From IMG/VR virus record IMGVR_UViG_3300032270_001445, positions 21,239 through 85,238 of that record: a stretch of DNA of 64,000 nucleotides, one strand, 5' to 3'. Positions 29,602 to 38,424 of this stretch are shown one piece after another (the first letter of the stretch is position 1; each line of letters starts with the position of its first letter). Position numbers and translations under genes: made by a program. Origin of the DNA: a virus (taxonomy: Duplodnaviria; Caudoviricetes). Under the pieces are notes generated by a model. It ran no database searches and was not told the origin of the DNA. It saw nothing but the letters and a program-made list of their open reading frames with translations.

Positions 29602-29845
29602 ACCACAACCCCTCATCGCAGCGGACGCGCTGCGGTGGGGGGTTGGTAGATCGCTTCTCTCTATAGAACTTCGTTCTATCCCGAAGATCCATAAACTAAC
29701 TAACTAACTAACTAACTAACCTGGTTCGACTCGACGCTCCGCGTCTATCGGCCTAACATTACTAAACAACGCCGTACGCCTACTCTTCTTGTATCGGGAC
29801 GCCGACGCGTAATGATTGATTGCGCGAATAGTTTAGCAGGAGGGC

Positions 29846-30103
29846 ATGATGACTCTTGAGAATAGCGTGGTTGATGAGACCACGGAAGAGCAAGAAGATA
29901 CGGGTAGGTTTTGTGCTTGGTGTAAGGTATCTGAGCAGGAGACGGACATTCGTCACTCGTGGGACGACCACGAGGGTAATGATGTCTCTTACTTTGAGAA
30001 GAAGACAATCCTAGACCTTTGTAGGGAATGTTTTTACGAGGGTCACGTAGAGTCTGTTATTGACGACATCAAGAAGATTTACGCAGACCTAGCGAAGGGC
30101 TGA
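29846..30103 (+). CDS. Cassette 9: CxxC..CxxC acidic protein
   Basis: AGGAGG RBS; CAWC, CREC. Confidence 0.7.
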   Translation: MMTLENSVVDETTEEQEDTGRFCAWCKVSEQETDIRHSWDDHEGNDVSYFEKKTILDLCRECFYEGHVESVIDDIKKIYADLAKG

Positions 30104-30330
30104 GAGACCACCACCGTCAACCGCGGACGCGCGGTTGGCGGTGGCGGTTAGTTCGTCTCTCTCTATAGAACTTCGTTCTATCCCGCAGATCCCTAAGATA
30201 ACTAACTAACCTCATAACCATAACGTTCTGCCGGTCGCTCCGCGCCCTTCGGCACAACCTAAACTACCTGAGCGATACCGCGATTATGTATGTGCGGGGA
30301 ACACCTCGCGTAATAGTAAGGAGGTATGAA

Positions 30331-30612
30331 ATGGGAAAGCGGCTAAATCGTAATGGGGTCATTGCGGCGATCGCTCGCCTAGATGATTTCACATCGCATA
30401 CAAAGAGTATGCGTGGCGAGTGGCAGGGAGAGATCTACGTGGTGTATTCGTACAACCAGTGGATTGGTCAGACGGACGGCACGCATTGGAATCTAAACGA
30501 TCAGCGATACAGCGTGACGACATCCCGCCACCAGTCATATCTACGCCGTGCAATCAGCGCGCACGCAATCAACACTCAAGAGAGGGAGATCGGTAAGCTG
30601 CTCTCCAGGTAG
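30331..30612 (+). CDS. Cassette 10: conserved phage protein (YSY...YSxTTSRHQ family)
   Basis: AAGGAGG RBS; motif seen. Confidence 0.7.
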   Translation: MGKRLNRNGVIAAIARLDDFTSHTKSMRGEWQGEIYVVYSYNQWIGQTDGTHWNLNDQRYSVTTSRHQSYLRRAISAHAINTQEREIGKLLSR

Positions 30613-30831
30613 TCAATCCACCCGAGCCGCGAAGTCCTGCGGCTCGGGTGGTTAGGTCTCTTCTCTCTATCTCTCTTTGTTCGATCTCGAGACGCCATAA
30701 GATAACTAACTAACTGAGTTCGACTCGACGCTCCGCGTCTATCGGCCTAACATTACTAAACCAACCATCAAGCGTATTGTTCTTGTAGCGGCGGACGCGC
30801 CGCACAATCCAATAGTAGTAGAGGAGGCTTT

Positions 30832-31134
30832 ATGGGAGAGAAAGTAAAGCGCGTGAAGCGCAAAGCAACGGAGTCGCTTGGAGTGATCACGAAACTCCTC
30901 GCGCGCTCCATTGAGCAGCGTGCAGCAGCGGTTGACGCTGTTGATTTCACGCAAGAGCAGATTGCGATAGTCGCAAGAGCAGAGAAGCCCAGCAAGAGCG
31001 TCGTCAAGAAACTGAACGCTGCGCTTGTTGTTGCCAATAGTGCTCTCGCGTACTATGAAGCAAACGTCAAGGAACTTCAGAAGCGTCAGGCTTCTGCTAT
31101 GAAGGCGATTGAGAAGGCTCAAGCGCAAGAGTAG
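30832..31134 (+). CDS. Cassette 11: coiled-coil protein
   Basis: GAGGAGG RBS; Ala/Lys/Glu helical. Confidence 0.7.
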   Translation: MGEKVKRVKRKATESLGVITKLLARSIEQRAAAVDAVDFTQEQIAIVARAEKPSKSVVKKLNAALVVANSALAYYEANVKELQKRQASAMKAIEKAQAQE

Positions 31135-31357
31135 TATCCCCACCCTCATCGCAGCGGACGCGCTGCGGTGGGGGTGGTTAGATCACCTCTCTCTATAGAA
31201 CTTCGTTCTATCCCGGACCGCCTTAATATAACTAACCACCTAACTAACCAGCGTTCGATTACTCGCTCCGCTCGTATCGCAACAACCTAAACTGACCTGA
31301 CCTAAAGCCTATTCTTTGTATGTGAGGCAACCGCCTCACAATAGTAAGGGGGCTAAA

Positions 31358-31642
31358 ATGGCAGTGAAGCAAGTGCCAGAGAAGGTAGTCAGGGACATTG
31401 TTGAGTTCCAGAGTATCCTTGAAGGATTCATCGCGGCACTCAACAAAGGTAGATACTTCGATCACGATAGCCAACAGGCTGTTAGTGATGTGCTGTACCT
31501 TATGGAGAAGCCTTGGAAGTATAAGTTTGAGATGGCTGAGTGGGAGGTTCTTGGATACCCCGACGCTTACAATCCAGACTATGTTAGCGATCTAGAAATT
31601 GACACCACCGACGCAAAGATCTTTTCTTACTTCAGCCGCTAA
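31358..31642 (+). CDS. Cassette 12: hypothetical protein
   Basis: AAGGGGG RBS. Confidence 0.65.
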   Translation: MAVKQVPEKVVRDIVEFQSILEGFIAALNKGRYFDHDSQQAVSDVLYLMEKPWKYKFEMAEWEVLGYPDAYNPDYVSDLEIDTTDAKIFSYFSR

Positions 31643-31851
31643 CGATTCCCCCCGCTCACCGCGAACGCGCGGTGGGCGGGGTGGTCAATCTCTACTCTCT
31701 ATAGAACAAAGTTCTATCCCGCAGATCCCTAAGATAACTAACTAACGTTCCATAGCTCGCTCCGCTCGCTTCGGCAGAACTCTAACAAACTAACAGGAAC
31801 GCGTATTCTTTAGGTGCGGGGCAACAGCCACGCAATAGTAAGGAGGCTAGT

Positions 31852-32091
31852 ATGTCAATAAAGGAGTTCAGGGTAACGGCAACATACGAGACCACTGTTG
31901 AAGTGGATCAAGATTACGAGTGGCAGGTGTGCGACAAGCACAAGCCAGCCGACGATGAGACACCTGCTCAGTGGGATGTTCGCATGGTAGCGATTGAATC
32001 GTGCAGCGATTGCGACGATAAGGCTTACGATGTCGCTTCTGAAGAGGCTTACGGAAAGTTTCCAAACGCCGACGACATTGACATCTCCTAG
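31852..32091 (+). CDS. Cassette 13: acidic Cys-containing protein
   Basis: AAGGAGG RBS. Confidence 0.7.
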   Translation: MSIKEFRVTATYETTVEVDQDYEWQVCDKHKPADDETPAQWDVRMVAIESCSDCDDKAYDVASEEAYGKFPNADDIDIS

Positions 32092-32315
32092 TCGCTAAGG
32101 AGAACCCCCGCTCACCGCAATCGTGCGGTGGGCGGGGTGTTCGTTTCCTTCCCTCTATAGAACTTCGTTCTATCCCGCAACTCCTTAATCTAACTAACCA
32201 CCTAACTAACGTTCGCACGCTCGCTCCGCTCGCTTCGGCCGAACTCTAACAAACTAACGCGTAGGCGTATTCTTTGGGTGCGGGGATTCCCGTGAAGATC
32301 ATAAGGAGGCTTGAA

Positions 32316-32519
32316 ATGGTTGCGTGCGATCAGTGCGGCACGGAGTTCTTCAACGAGTTTGAGCCGCTCTCAACGATCTGCGAATCGTGCAAGGAAGAAG
32401 AATCCGCAGCGGCGGACGCGTATTGGGAGAAGTATCTTGATTGGGTTGATGATACCCATCATCGCGATAGCGATGACGATACTGACCCGCTTATTCAATA
32501 CGAAGACGGCTGGCGATAA
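32316..32519 (+). CDS. Cassette 14: acidic Zn-finger microprotein
   Basis: AAGGAGG RBS; CDQC...CESC. Confidence 0.7.
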   Translation: MVACDQCGTEFFNEFEPLSTICESCKEEESAAADAYWEKYLDWVDDTHHRDSDDDTDPLIQYEDGWR

Positions 32520-32523
32520 ACGA

Positions 32524-32566
32524 TAAAGCCCCAGATTCCCACGAGGGAGTCTGGGGCTTTATTATT
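32524..32566. terminator. Bidirectional terminator where the two arrays converge
   Basis: taaagccccagattccc-acga-gggagtctggggctttattatt. Confidence 0.8.
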
Positions 32567-32631
32567 GAGTTCCAGTCCTAGCAGCCGCGGCTGCTAGGAG
32601 CCTAACGATAATAGCCCCTAGCAGCCGAGGA

Positions 32632-32910
32632 TTATGCGGAGTAGTAATCCAACTCCATCTTCTCCACGAAGTTATCGTCAACTTCAATCTCGCTATATTC
32701 CACAACGAAGCCTTCCCGCGCCATTGCGGTTATGAACAATGGTGCGTCACAATCTTCTTCAAGGTAGACGCTTCCGTTGCCTTCGTATGAGCAGTTGCTC
32801 ACAACGCTGGCGATACCGAGTTGGCGAAGCATAGCCTTCTCCGCTACGAGGTAGCCGTGCCCTGGCGTATTGAACTTCCGCGTGAAGTAGGTTGCCGAGA
32901 TTCCGAACAT
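32632..32910 (-). CDS. Conserved phage protein (PGHGYL...YLEEDCD family)
   Basis: AAGGAGG RBS; motif seen. Confidence 0.75.
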   Translation of the reverse strand: MFGISATYFTRKFNTPGHGYLVAEKAMLRQLGIASVVSNCSYEGNGSVYLEEDCDAPLFITAMAREGFVVEYSEIEVDDNFVEKMELDYYSA

Positions 32911-33038
32911 TGGTGCCTCCTTGCTTCCCTACGGCAACTGCCGCAACGCAATACTACGCGAACTTCTGGCAGGTTGTCAAGCGTTCCATCCTAAGCCACC
33001 GCGGTGGCTTAGGGCTGAACCCTAAACCACCGCGCTCG

Positions 33039-33368
33039 CTACGCGTTCGCGTTCTCTGTCTGTTGTCGCTCGTTCTCTATTGCTTCGTCGGTGTAGTGCT
33101 TCGCGATCTCCCGCCAATCAACGCGCGAGAGTGAGGCGCCGAGCAAATCGGTCACGAGCCCAACCGCCGCCTCTGGTAGCGTGTTGGTCACTTCCTCCTT
33201 GAGCCACTTGCCCATTTCATAGGCTGCGAAGTTTCCGTCGCTGTCGTTGCTTTCTGCGAACGCACGAGCCTGCTCCTCTACTCCGTGGAGGTCTCCGATG
33301 ATCCCCTCACCGAGCCAGAGATTGACGAGCCATGTCTCGTAGTTGCTCCAGCCGTTGTAGTCTGCCAT
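33039..33368 (-). CDS. Conserved phage protein (YNGWSNYETW family)
   Basis: AAGGAGG RBS; motif seen. Confidence 0.75.
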   Translation of the reverse strand: MADYNGWSNYETWLVNLWLGEGIIGDLHGVEEQARAFAESNDSDGNFAAYEMGKWLKEEVTNTLPEAAVGLVTDLLGASLSRVDWREIAKHYTDEAIENERQQTENANA

Positions 33369-33526
33369 TTTTGCCTCCTTATGACCTAGCGGGAAGCCCC
33401 GCAAGGGAATACTAAACGAACTCCTAGCGAACTGTCAAGCGTTCTATTCCAATGTGCCGCGGCACATTGGAGCCTAACAATAAACCCCGCCGAAGCGGGG
33501 CTTATTGTTTCCGCAGCTGCGAAACT

Positions 33527-33934
33527 TTACGCCATCGGATAGTTGCCCAGTTCTAGAAGCGTCTTGATTTCCGCAACCTGCTCATCGCTGAACGCAAGCG
33601 TCTTGCCGTCCTCGTCCTCTGCGGTGAGTACGCAGTTGCCGTAGATTCCGTCAAACACGCCGCCAAGAATCTCATTGCGCAAAGATGTTGCCGCCTGATT
33701 GCGAATCACAGGCTCGTTGTATAGCCCTTCCTCGTCGCACCAAAGCACCACGCTCGTCGCGCCGTACTTACCAGAAGCCGCAACCTCTACCAGGCTCCAC
33801 TCGCCGACTCGGTAGAGTTCGGTGAGCGTGTTGCCGTCATCGTTGAAGTCCACGACCTCAACCCAGTTGAACAGCGCGGGGACTGGCGTAGCAGTCTCAA
33901 ACTTTCCAACTCCGAACTTGATTGCCTTACCCAT
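33527..33934 (-). CDS. DUF3846-like protein
   Basis: LWCDEEGL...NQAATSL...IYGNCVLT. Confidence 0.65.
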   Translation of the reverse strand: MGKAIKFGVGKFETATPVPALFNWVEVVDFNDDGNTLTELYRVGEWSLVEVAASGKYGATSVVLWCDEEGLYNEPVIRNQAATSLRNEILGGVFDGIYGNCVLTAEDEDGKTLAFSDEQVAEIKTLLELGNYPMA

Positions 33935-34054
33935 TTGCTTGCCTCCTTTGCCTTTCATCGGGAAGCCCCGACCTCTGAATCTTACGCGATAAAGTTCCAG
34001 CCTGTCAAGGGGTTCTATCTCAAATGGTCGCGACCATTTGAGGCTGAACAAAAT

Positions 34055-34292
34055 GATAAGGGTCTGACTGGCACCACACCAACCAGACCCTTATCGGCAT
34101 TTCGCTGCCTTTGACGCTTATCCTCTTGCGAGGAGAGGCTTCACCTTCCGGCTGCCTCTTGCGAACGGCGTAGGTGTCGGTTAGGCACCCCCACCGCTCG
34201 TCCTTATCGTCTCGGGTAGTTAGTCTACAACTACCAACCAGCCGCAGCCCCATAAGCCCGCCACTTTCACAGCGGCACCAGAGCGGCTCGTG
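34055..34292 (-). ncRNA. Candidate structured ncRNA occupying a cassette slot
   Basis: Own promoter and terminal hairpin, no AGGAGG-led ORF, several GNRA-type stem-loops. Confidence 0.45.
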
Positions 34293-34377
34293 TGATGATT
34301 CTAAACGAACATCTGCCAGCCGTCAAGCGTTCTATCCCAAATGGCCGCGGCCATTTGGGGCTGAACAATAATAAGAG

Positions 34378-34590
34378 TTATACGCCGCTTCTTACTGCCT
34401 CGTCTAGTCTTGTCGCCGCTTCCGTAATCGTCGCCAGAACTTCGTCGCCAAAGATTTCCGCGAAGCCCGTAGGCTCGGCGGTATGGTCTGCCGCAAGTTT
34501 CTGGAACCGATAGGCTCCGTCATCTTGCTGGTAATAGCGTGCGAAGGTTGTCGTTGCGCCGTTGGTGTGAATCTGCTTCCACTCCGTCAT
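34378..34590 (-). CDS. Hypothetical protein
   Basis: GGAGG RBS at the end of the upstream gene. Confidence 0.6.
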   Translation of the reverse strand: MTEWKQIHTNGATTTFARYYQQDDGAYRFQKLAADHTAEPTGFAEIFGDEVLATITEAATRLDEAVRSGV

Positions 34591-34591
34591 C

Positions 34592-34876
34592 TTATCCCTC
34601 CACTTCATACTTCTCGCCGCCGATTCGCAGCCCTGTGATTGCGTCAAGCGCGATGGTGCGATAGCCCTCGGCGGTAATGTCGTAGACAAAGATGAGGTCT
34701 TTCGCAGCCGCGTCATACGCAGCCTCGCCGCCTTTGAGGTGCTTCTTGACCCCAAGACGCGCCGTCATCTTTCGCAACTCGCCTGTCGTGCGCTTCACGA
34801 AGTCCACGCCAAAGATCGCGCCGTTGCTTGTGCGGATCATCTCTGCCGCCTCTGCCATCTTGATTACCTTGTTCAT
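34592..34876 (-). CDS. SH3/WYL-like small protein
   Basis: VDFVKRTTGELRKM...VYDITAEGYRTI pattern. Confidence 0.55.
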   Translation of the reverse strand: MNKVIKMAEAAEMIRTSNGAIFGVDFVKRTTGELRKMTARLGVKKHLKGGEAAYDAAAKDLIFVYDITAEGYRTIALDAITGLRIGGEKYEVEG

Positions 34877-35024
34877 TTAAGCCTCCTTACTTCTGTACCT
34901 TTCTGGTACAAGATGATTCTAGAACAGACCTATCCAATCCGTCAAGGGGTTCTAGTCCAAAGGGCCGCCGCCCTTTGGAGGCGAACAAAAATACCGCCCG
35001 AAGGCGGCATCTTTGCTTTCTGGA

Positions 35025-35363
35025 CTACTCGGCTGTCTGAAGCGCGATGATCTTGCTGAACTCCAGTTCAGCGTCGCGCTCGTGCTCAAACGCAACGAAG
35101 TCAATGAATCCATCGTTTCGCCAATGGACAACGATGTTGCCGAACTTGTCGTAAGTCCCATCAAGTTCAGTTGAAATGAAATCGTCTGGGACTGCCAGTC
35201 CGTCCATCACATCGCCGTAGATTTCAGCAAACTTCAGATCGTAGCCTTCAAGACGACTCGCAACCCTTTGCTCAACAAGCCAGTCGCCATCGCAACTTCC
35301 CTGAGAGCACTTGAACTTCGTGAAGTCGCCGTTCGTGAGTGAAACCGCCAGAGCCTTGAACAT
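35025..35363 (-). CDS. Acidic hypothetical protein
   Basis: AGGAGG RBS. Confidence 0.7.
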   Translation of the reverse strand: MFKALAVSLTNGDFTKFKCSQGSCDGDWLVEQRVASRLEGYDLKFAEIYGDVMDGLAVPDDFISTELDGTYDKFGNIVVHWRNDGFIDFVAFEHERDAELEFSKIIALQTAE

Positions 35364-35553
35364 TTTAGCCTCCTCTGTTATCCGCCCAGTTGGGCTATGC
35401 CCATTGTAATCAGTAATCTACTCAGCCGTCAAGAGGTTCTATTCCGAGGAGCCGCCGCTCCTCGGAGACGAACATAATAAAGCGGACTAGTTGGGCTGCG
35501 ACTCAACTAGTCCGCTTGTAGTGGATAGGTGGAGGCTTTCTACCTATCCGTAG

Positions 35554-35826
35554 TCATAGTGCCGCCAAGTACGGCAGGCGGCAGTCGTATCCTAGCAGGC
35601 AACTTGATGGCTCGTGATGGACAGGCTCAACCGCCCACTCAAGGCAAGTCCCGCAAGACTCGCCGCACCAGTTCACTTCGTCCCAGTCAAAGACAGGGTG
35701 AAGTGGATTGCCTTCGCTATCAACAGATTCCTCGTCGTTCAGAGCCGTTCCCCACCTTGCCTCGGAGCAGGGTACGCAATGAACAGCAGCCTCGTATTGC
35801 CACGCGATCGGTGTGTGCTCGCTCAT
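35554..35826 (-). CDS. Cys/His-rich acidic protein
   Basis: AGGAGG RBS; HCVPC, CGTC. Confidence 0.7.
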   Translation of the reverse strand: MSEHTPIAWQYEAAVHCVPCSEARWGTALNDEESVDSEGNPLHPVFDWDEVNWCGESCGTCLEWAVEPVHHEPSSCLLGYDCRLPYLAAL

Positions 35827-36019
35827 CTTTGCCTCCTTGTTTCGTCAGAAGTCCTGACTAAGGGATTGTCGCACAGCCGCAACAGCCTGTCAAATGGTTC
35901 CATCGTAGGTAGCCGCCGCTACCTACGCCCGAACATAATAAACTGCTATGGGCGGGTAAGCACCAGCGCGTAAAGCATAAGCGCGCCGAGCATTATGTAG
36001 AACGCTCCCTGCGCGTCCA

Positions 36020-36283
36020 TTAGATCAAATCCGAAAGCGTTGGGACTGCCTCGTAGCAATCGTCGCAAAGATACTCAATGTTCTCGTGGGCGTTCTCGTA
36101 GCCGTTCCAGCCGTAAGGGAAAGAACGCTTCTTGCCCTCAAATGGGCAACGCTTCTCCAATGAGAGAAACTCCTCGCCGTGGCACTCCTGAACGAGCGGG
36201 TGGTCGTGCGTTTCGCACTCGCATTGATCGTAGTAGCAATCGCCGTTGCCACACATCGTCATTGAGCCTTGTAGGTACGCCAT
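36020..36283 (-). CDS. Cys-rich acidic protein
   Basis: AAGGAGG RBS; LCDDCY. Confidence 0.65.
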   Translation of the reverse strand: MAYLQGSMTMCGNGDCYYDQCECETHDHPLVQECHGEEFLSLEKRCPFEGKKRSFPYGWNGYENAHENIEYLCDDCYEAVPTLSDLI

Positions 36284-36397
36284 TGTCGCCTCCTTATTCG
36301 CAGCCCCAAATCGGGGTAGCCCCATTGTAAATCCATCGCGCCAGATTCGTCAAGCGTTCTAATCCAAGGAGCGGCGGCTCCTTGGAGCTGAACCTAA

Positions 36398-36630
36398 TAA
36401 AGAAGCCTCTTGGAACCCGTCGGTCCCAAGAGGCTTCTTTCGGATTATTCATTGGGGGCTAATCACTTCCCCCAACTCCTTTTCCTTCCGCTCCGCCGAT
36501 CCATTGGCACCTAGCGGTCATCGTCCTTTGCGTCTCGTCTACCCGCGCTTTATTGGTGGCGGCAGACCTGCTCGCTCGTCCACGAGTCTCACCTAGTCGG
36601 AGTTGCTTCATCTAGAATCGCTTCCGACAA
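36398..36630 (-). ncRNA. Second candidate ncRNA cassette (GGA-rich)
   Basis: Promoter TTGACA-18-TAGTAT, strong terminator 36398-36440, only an RBS-less 50-codon ORF. Confidence 0.4.
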
Positions 36631-36772
36631 GACCATACTAAGCGATGATTATACGACCTGTCAAGCCCCTAGTTTCAGTTCTATCCCAAGAGGCCGCCGC
36701 CTCTTGGGGCAGAACATAATAAATAAGCCACCCCCGGCGGGGTGGCTTATTTACTTTGGATTCTGCTCTAAA

Positions 36773-37735
36773 TTACGCGAGGGCGAGAATCGCTTCGCGC
36801 TTTGTCTTGGCTGCGAAGCCCGTATCAAGCATTACGCTTGACGCACGAGCGTCCAGAGCCGTTGATCGCACGCCGCCGCGATACGATACGCCGTGATCTA
36901 GATACTCGGCGATGGCGTTATACACGCCCCACTTCGTATCGCGAAGCCCGTCAAGATTTTCTGCGTTATTGAGAATCGCGAAGGTTGCCTTTGCGCGCTC
37001 CGACATTACTTCCTTCTCTCGCTTCTCCGACTCCGAGAGCGGGAAGATTTTTGAGATGATGCGGAAAGCCTCGCCTCGCTCAATCTTTTCCTTGACCATA
37101 CGCGAGCCGATGAGCGAGAACTCATCAACAGCGGCAGAGGCAAGACCAAGAGCGCGCTTGGCTTCCGATACTTTCTCCTCAATCTTCGCGGTGTGGCGAA
37201 GCGTGAACGACATCTTGGCAGAGCCAAGAGCCGCGTTCAGCGTGTTCATACAAACTACGCGTACGGGCGTGATCATCGCTTTTAGCGGGAACAGCCCGTT
37301 ATGCCCGTTGGCGATCACAAGGTAAGTTGTGGTCGCGCCGTTGTCGCCCTTGATCGCGATCTTTTCTGGAATCTCCAACGCTGCGAAGATCACCTGACCG
37401 CTTTTGAGTGATCCTGCCGTTTCGTATCGTGCGCCCTCATCAAGAAGCGCGTCTGCGAACGACATCATCTCATCGTTCTGGATTGGCGTGTAGCGATCCC
37501 CGACAACGCCGAGAACCTCGCCGTCCGTTGATCGTACATTTGCGCGCTTGCCGTTGATCGCAATCTGCTTGCCGTCAAGCGTAGTGAAGATCGGCTGCTG
37601 CTTTACCGCCCAGTCAAGACCAGCCGCAACGATCATCTCCGCGCTTGTGGTCAAGCCGTTGGTCGCAACGCCAAGCCCATGCCACGGCATACCTCGCTCC
37701 TTGTTGTATGCCATCGTTTCTACCTCGTGTGCCAT
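36773..37735 (-). CDS. DUF932-family protein
   Basis: MAHEVETMAY...PWHGLG...AGLDW...YTPIQN...ETAGSL...TPVRVVCMNTL...LRHT. Confidence 0.85.
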   Translation of the reverse strand: MAHEVETMAYNKERGMPWHGLGVATNGLTTSAEMIVAAGLDWAVKQQPIFTTLDGKQIAINGKRANVRSTDGEVLGVVGDRYTPIQNDEMMSFADALLDEGARYETAGSLKSGQVIFAALEIPEKIAIKGDNGATTTYLVIANGHNGLFPLKAMITPVRVVCMNTLNAALGSAKMSFTLRHTAKIEEKVSEAKRALGLASAAVDEFSLIGSRMVKEKIERGEAFRIISKIFPLSESEKREKEVMSERAKATFAILNNAENLDGLRDTKWGVYNAIAEYLDHGVSYRGGVRSTALDARASSVMLDTGFAAKTKREAILALA

Positions 37736-37859
37736 TTCGTACCTCCTTATTTCCCAACGGCAAGTGCCGCTAGATGGATTGTAAAGTACCGCCGAGATTG
37801 CGTCAAGTTCTACCCCAAAGGGCGGCGGCCCTTTGGGGTCTAACCATAATAAGAGCGAT

Positions 37860-37988
37860 CTACTCTCCGTGCTCGCAGTTCTCTGATTGCTCCAACTCGT
37901 AGCACGCATTATCTCGTGTTGGCGTGTTCACGCACTCGCAGACGACCTCGTTGCGCTCGCAGTCGTCGCACCAAACCATCGTGCTCAC
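37860..37988 (-). CDS. 42-aa Cys-rich microprotein
   Basis: Manual translation (GTG)STMVWCDDCERNEVVCECV...; GTGA overlap. Confidence 0.45.
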   Translation of the reverse strand: MSTMVWCDDCERNEVVCECVNTPTRDNACYELEQSENCEHGE

Positions 37989-38218
37989 AGGACTCCCGTC
38001 CCTTCGCAGCCACAGGCTCCGTCTTGGCACATAGCACCTTCGGCAACAAACATCGCGCAGCCATACTTGTCCGCACGATTCTCCTCGCAGTCAGAGCAGT
38101 ACCACTCGGCGTGCCCACTGGCGTTATTATCTGAACACCACTCGCCCTCTTTGCCGCAGCCGCAAACAAAGATAGTGTTTTGCGGTTCGCCAACAGGAAT
38201 CTCAAAGTGGTCGCTCAT
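37985..38218 (-). CDS. Cys-rich protein
   Basis: CGCG, YCSDC, CQDGACGC. Confidence 0.6.
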   Translation of the reverse strand: MSDHFEIPVGEPQNTIFVCGCGKEGEWCSDNNASGHAEWYCSDCEENRADKYGCAMFVAEGAMCQDGACGCEGTGVL

Positions 38219-38424
38219 TGTGCGACCTCAAAGCCGTCAGCCTGAATCCCGTCAAGAATCTGAGAAGCGAATCGTCGCTCAACGGCAAGCCCCTGACCGA
38301 AGTAGATCGCGTCCTCGCCGATGTTGTCGTCTAGCCAGCGACGAGCCTCGCGTGTTGCGGGAATCAACAGGCAGACCGAGCCGCCGTCTACGAAAGTGAA
38401 GTCCGCGCTCTTGTGCTCACTCAT
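38215..38424 (-). CDS. Conserved small phage protein
   Basis: AAGGAGG RBS; GSVCLLIP...WLDDN...VERRF. Confidence 0.7.
   Translation of the reverse strand: MSEHKSADFTFVDGGSVCLLIPATREARRWLDDNIGEDAIYFGQGLAVERRFASQILDGIQADGFEVAQ

Larger units (their letters stand above)
25681..32315 (+). repeat. Array of 14 intergenic cassette repeats (13 full, 209-248 nt), each heading one small ORF
   Basis: Modules: GC hairpin (GACG/AACG/ATCG loop), CT tract, ATAGAAC-N3-GTTCTAT, (TAAC)n, GTTC, NNNGC-TCC-GCNNN-YWTC-G, TATTCT-like -10, leader hairpin, AATAGTA, AGGAGG. TCC loops at 25686, 26211, 26697, 27205, 27717, 28218, 28749, 29242, 29738, 30239, 30732, 31267, 31761, 32225. Confidence 0.92.

Noticed and set aside
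27645-32175. LexA/SOS (Cheo) boxes
   Set aside because: The motif is GAAC-N3-GTTC; the Gram-positive SOS box has a 4-nt spacer
25681-32315. CRISPR array
   Set aside because: Repeats are over 200 nt and modular, the intervening DNA is RBS-led ORFs, and no cas genes are present; the Cas4-like nuclease sits in a recombination operon
26072-32315. Integron attC cassettes
   Set aside because: GTTAGRY and CTAAC cores occur but in the opposite order to attC (RYYYAAC...GTTRRRY), the cassettes carry their own promoters, and there is no integrase in the window
34140-34290. SRP RNA or group II intron domain V
   Set aside because: CC-GGAA-GG and GAGCCG...GTGAAAG resemble them only locally; the flanking conserved loops and an RT gene are missing
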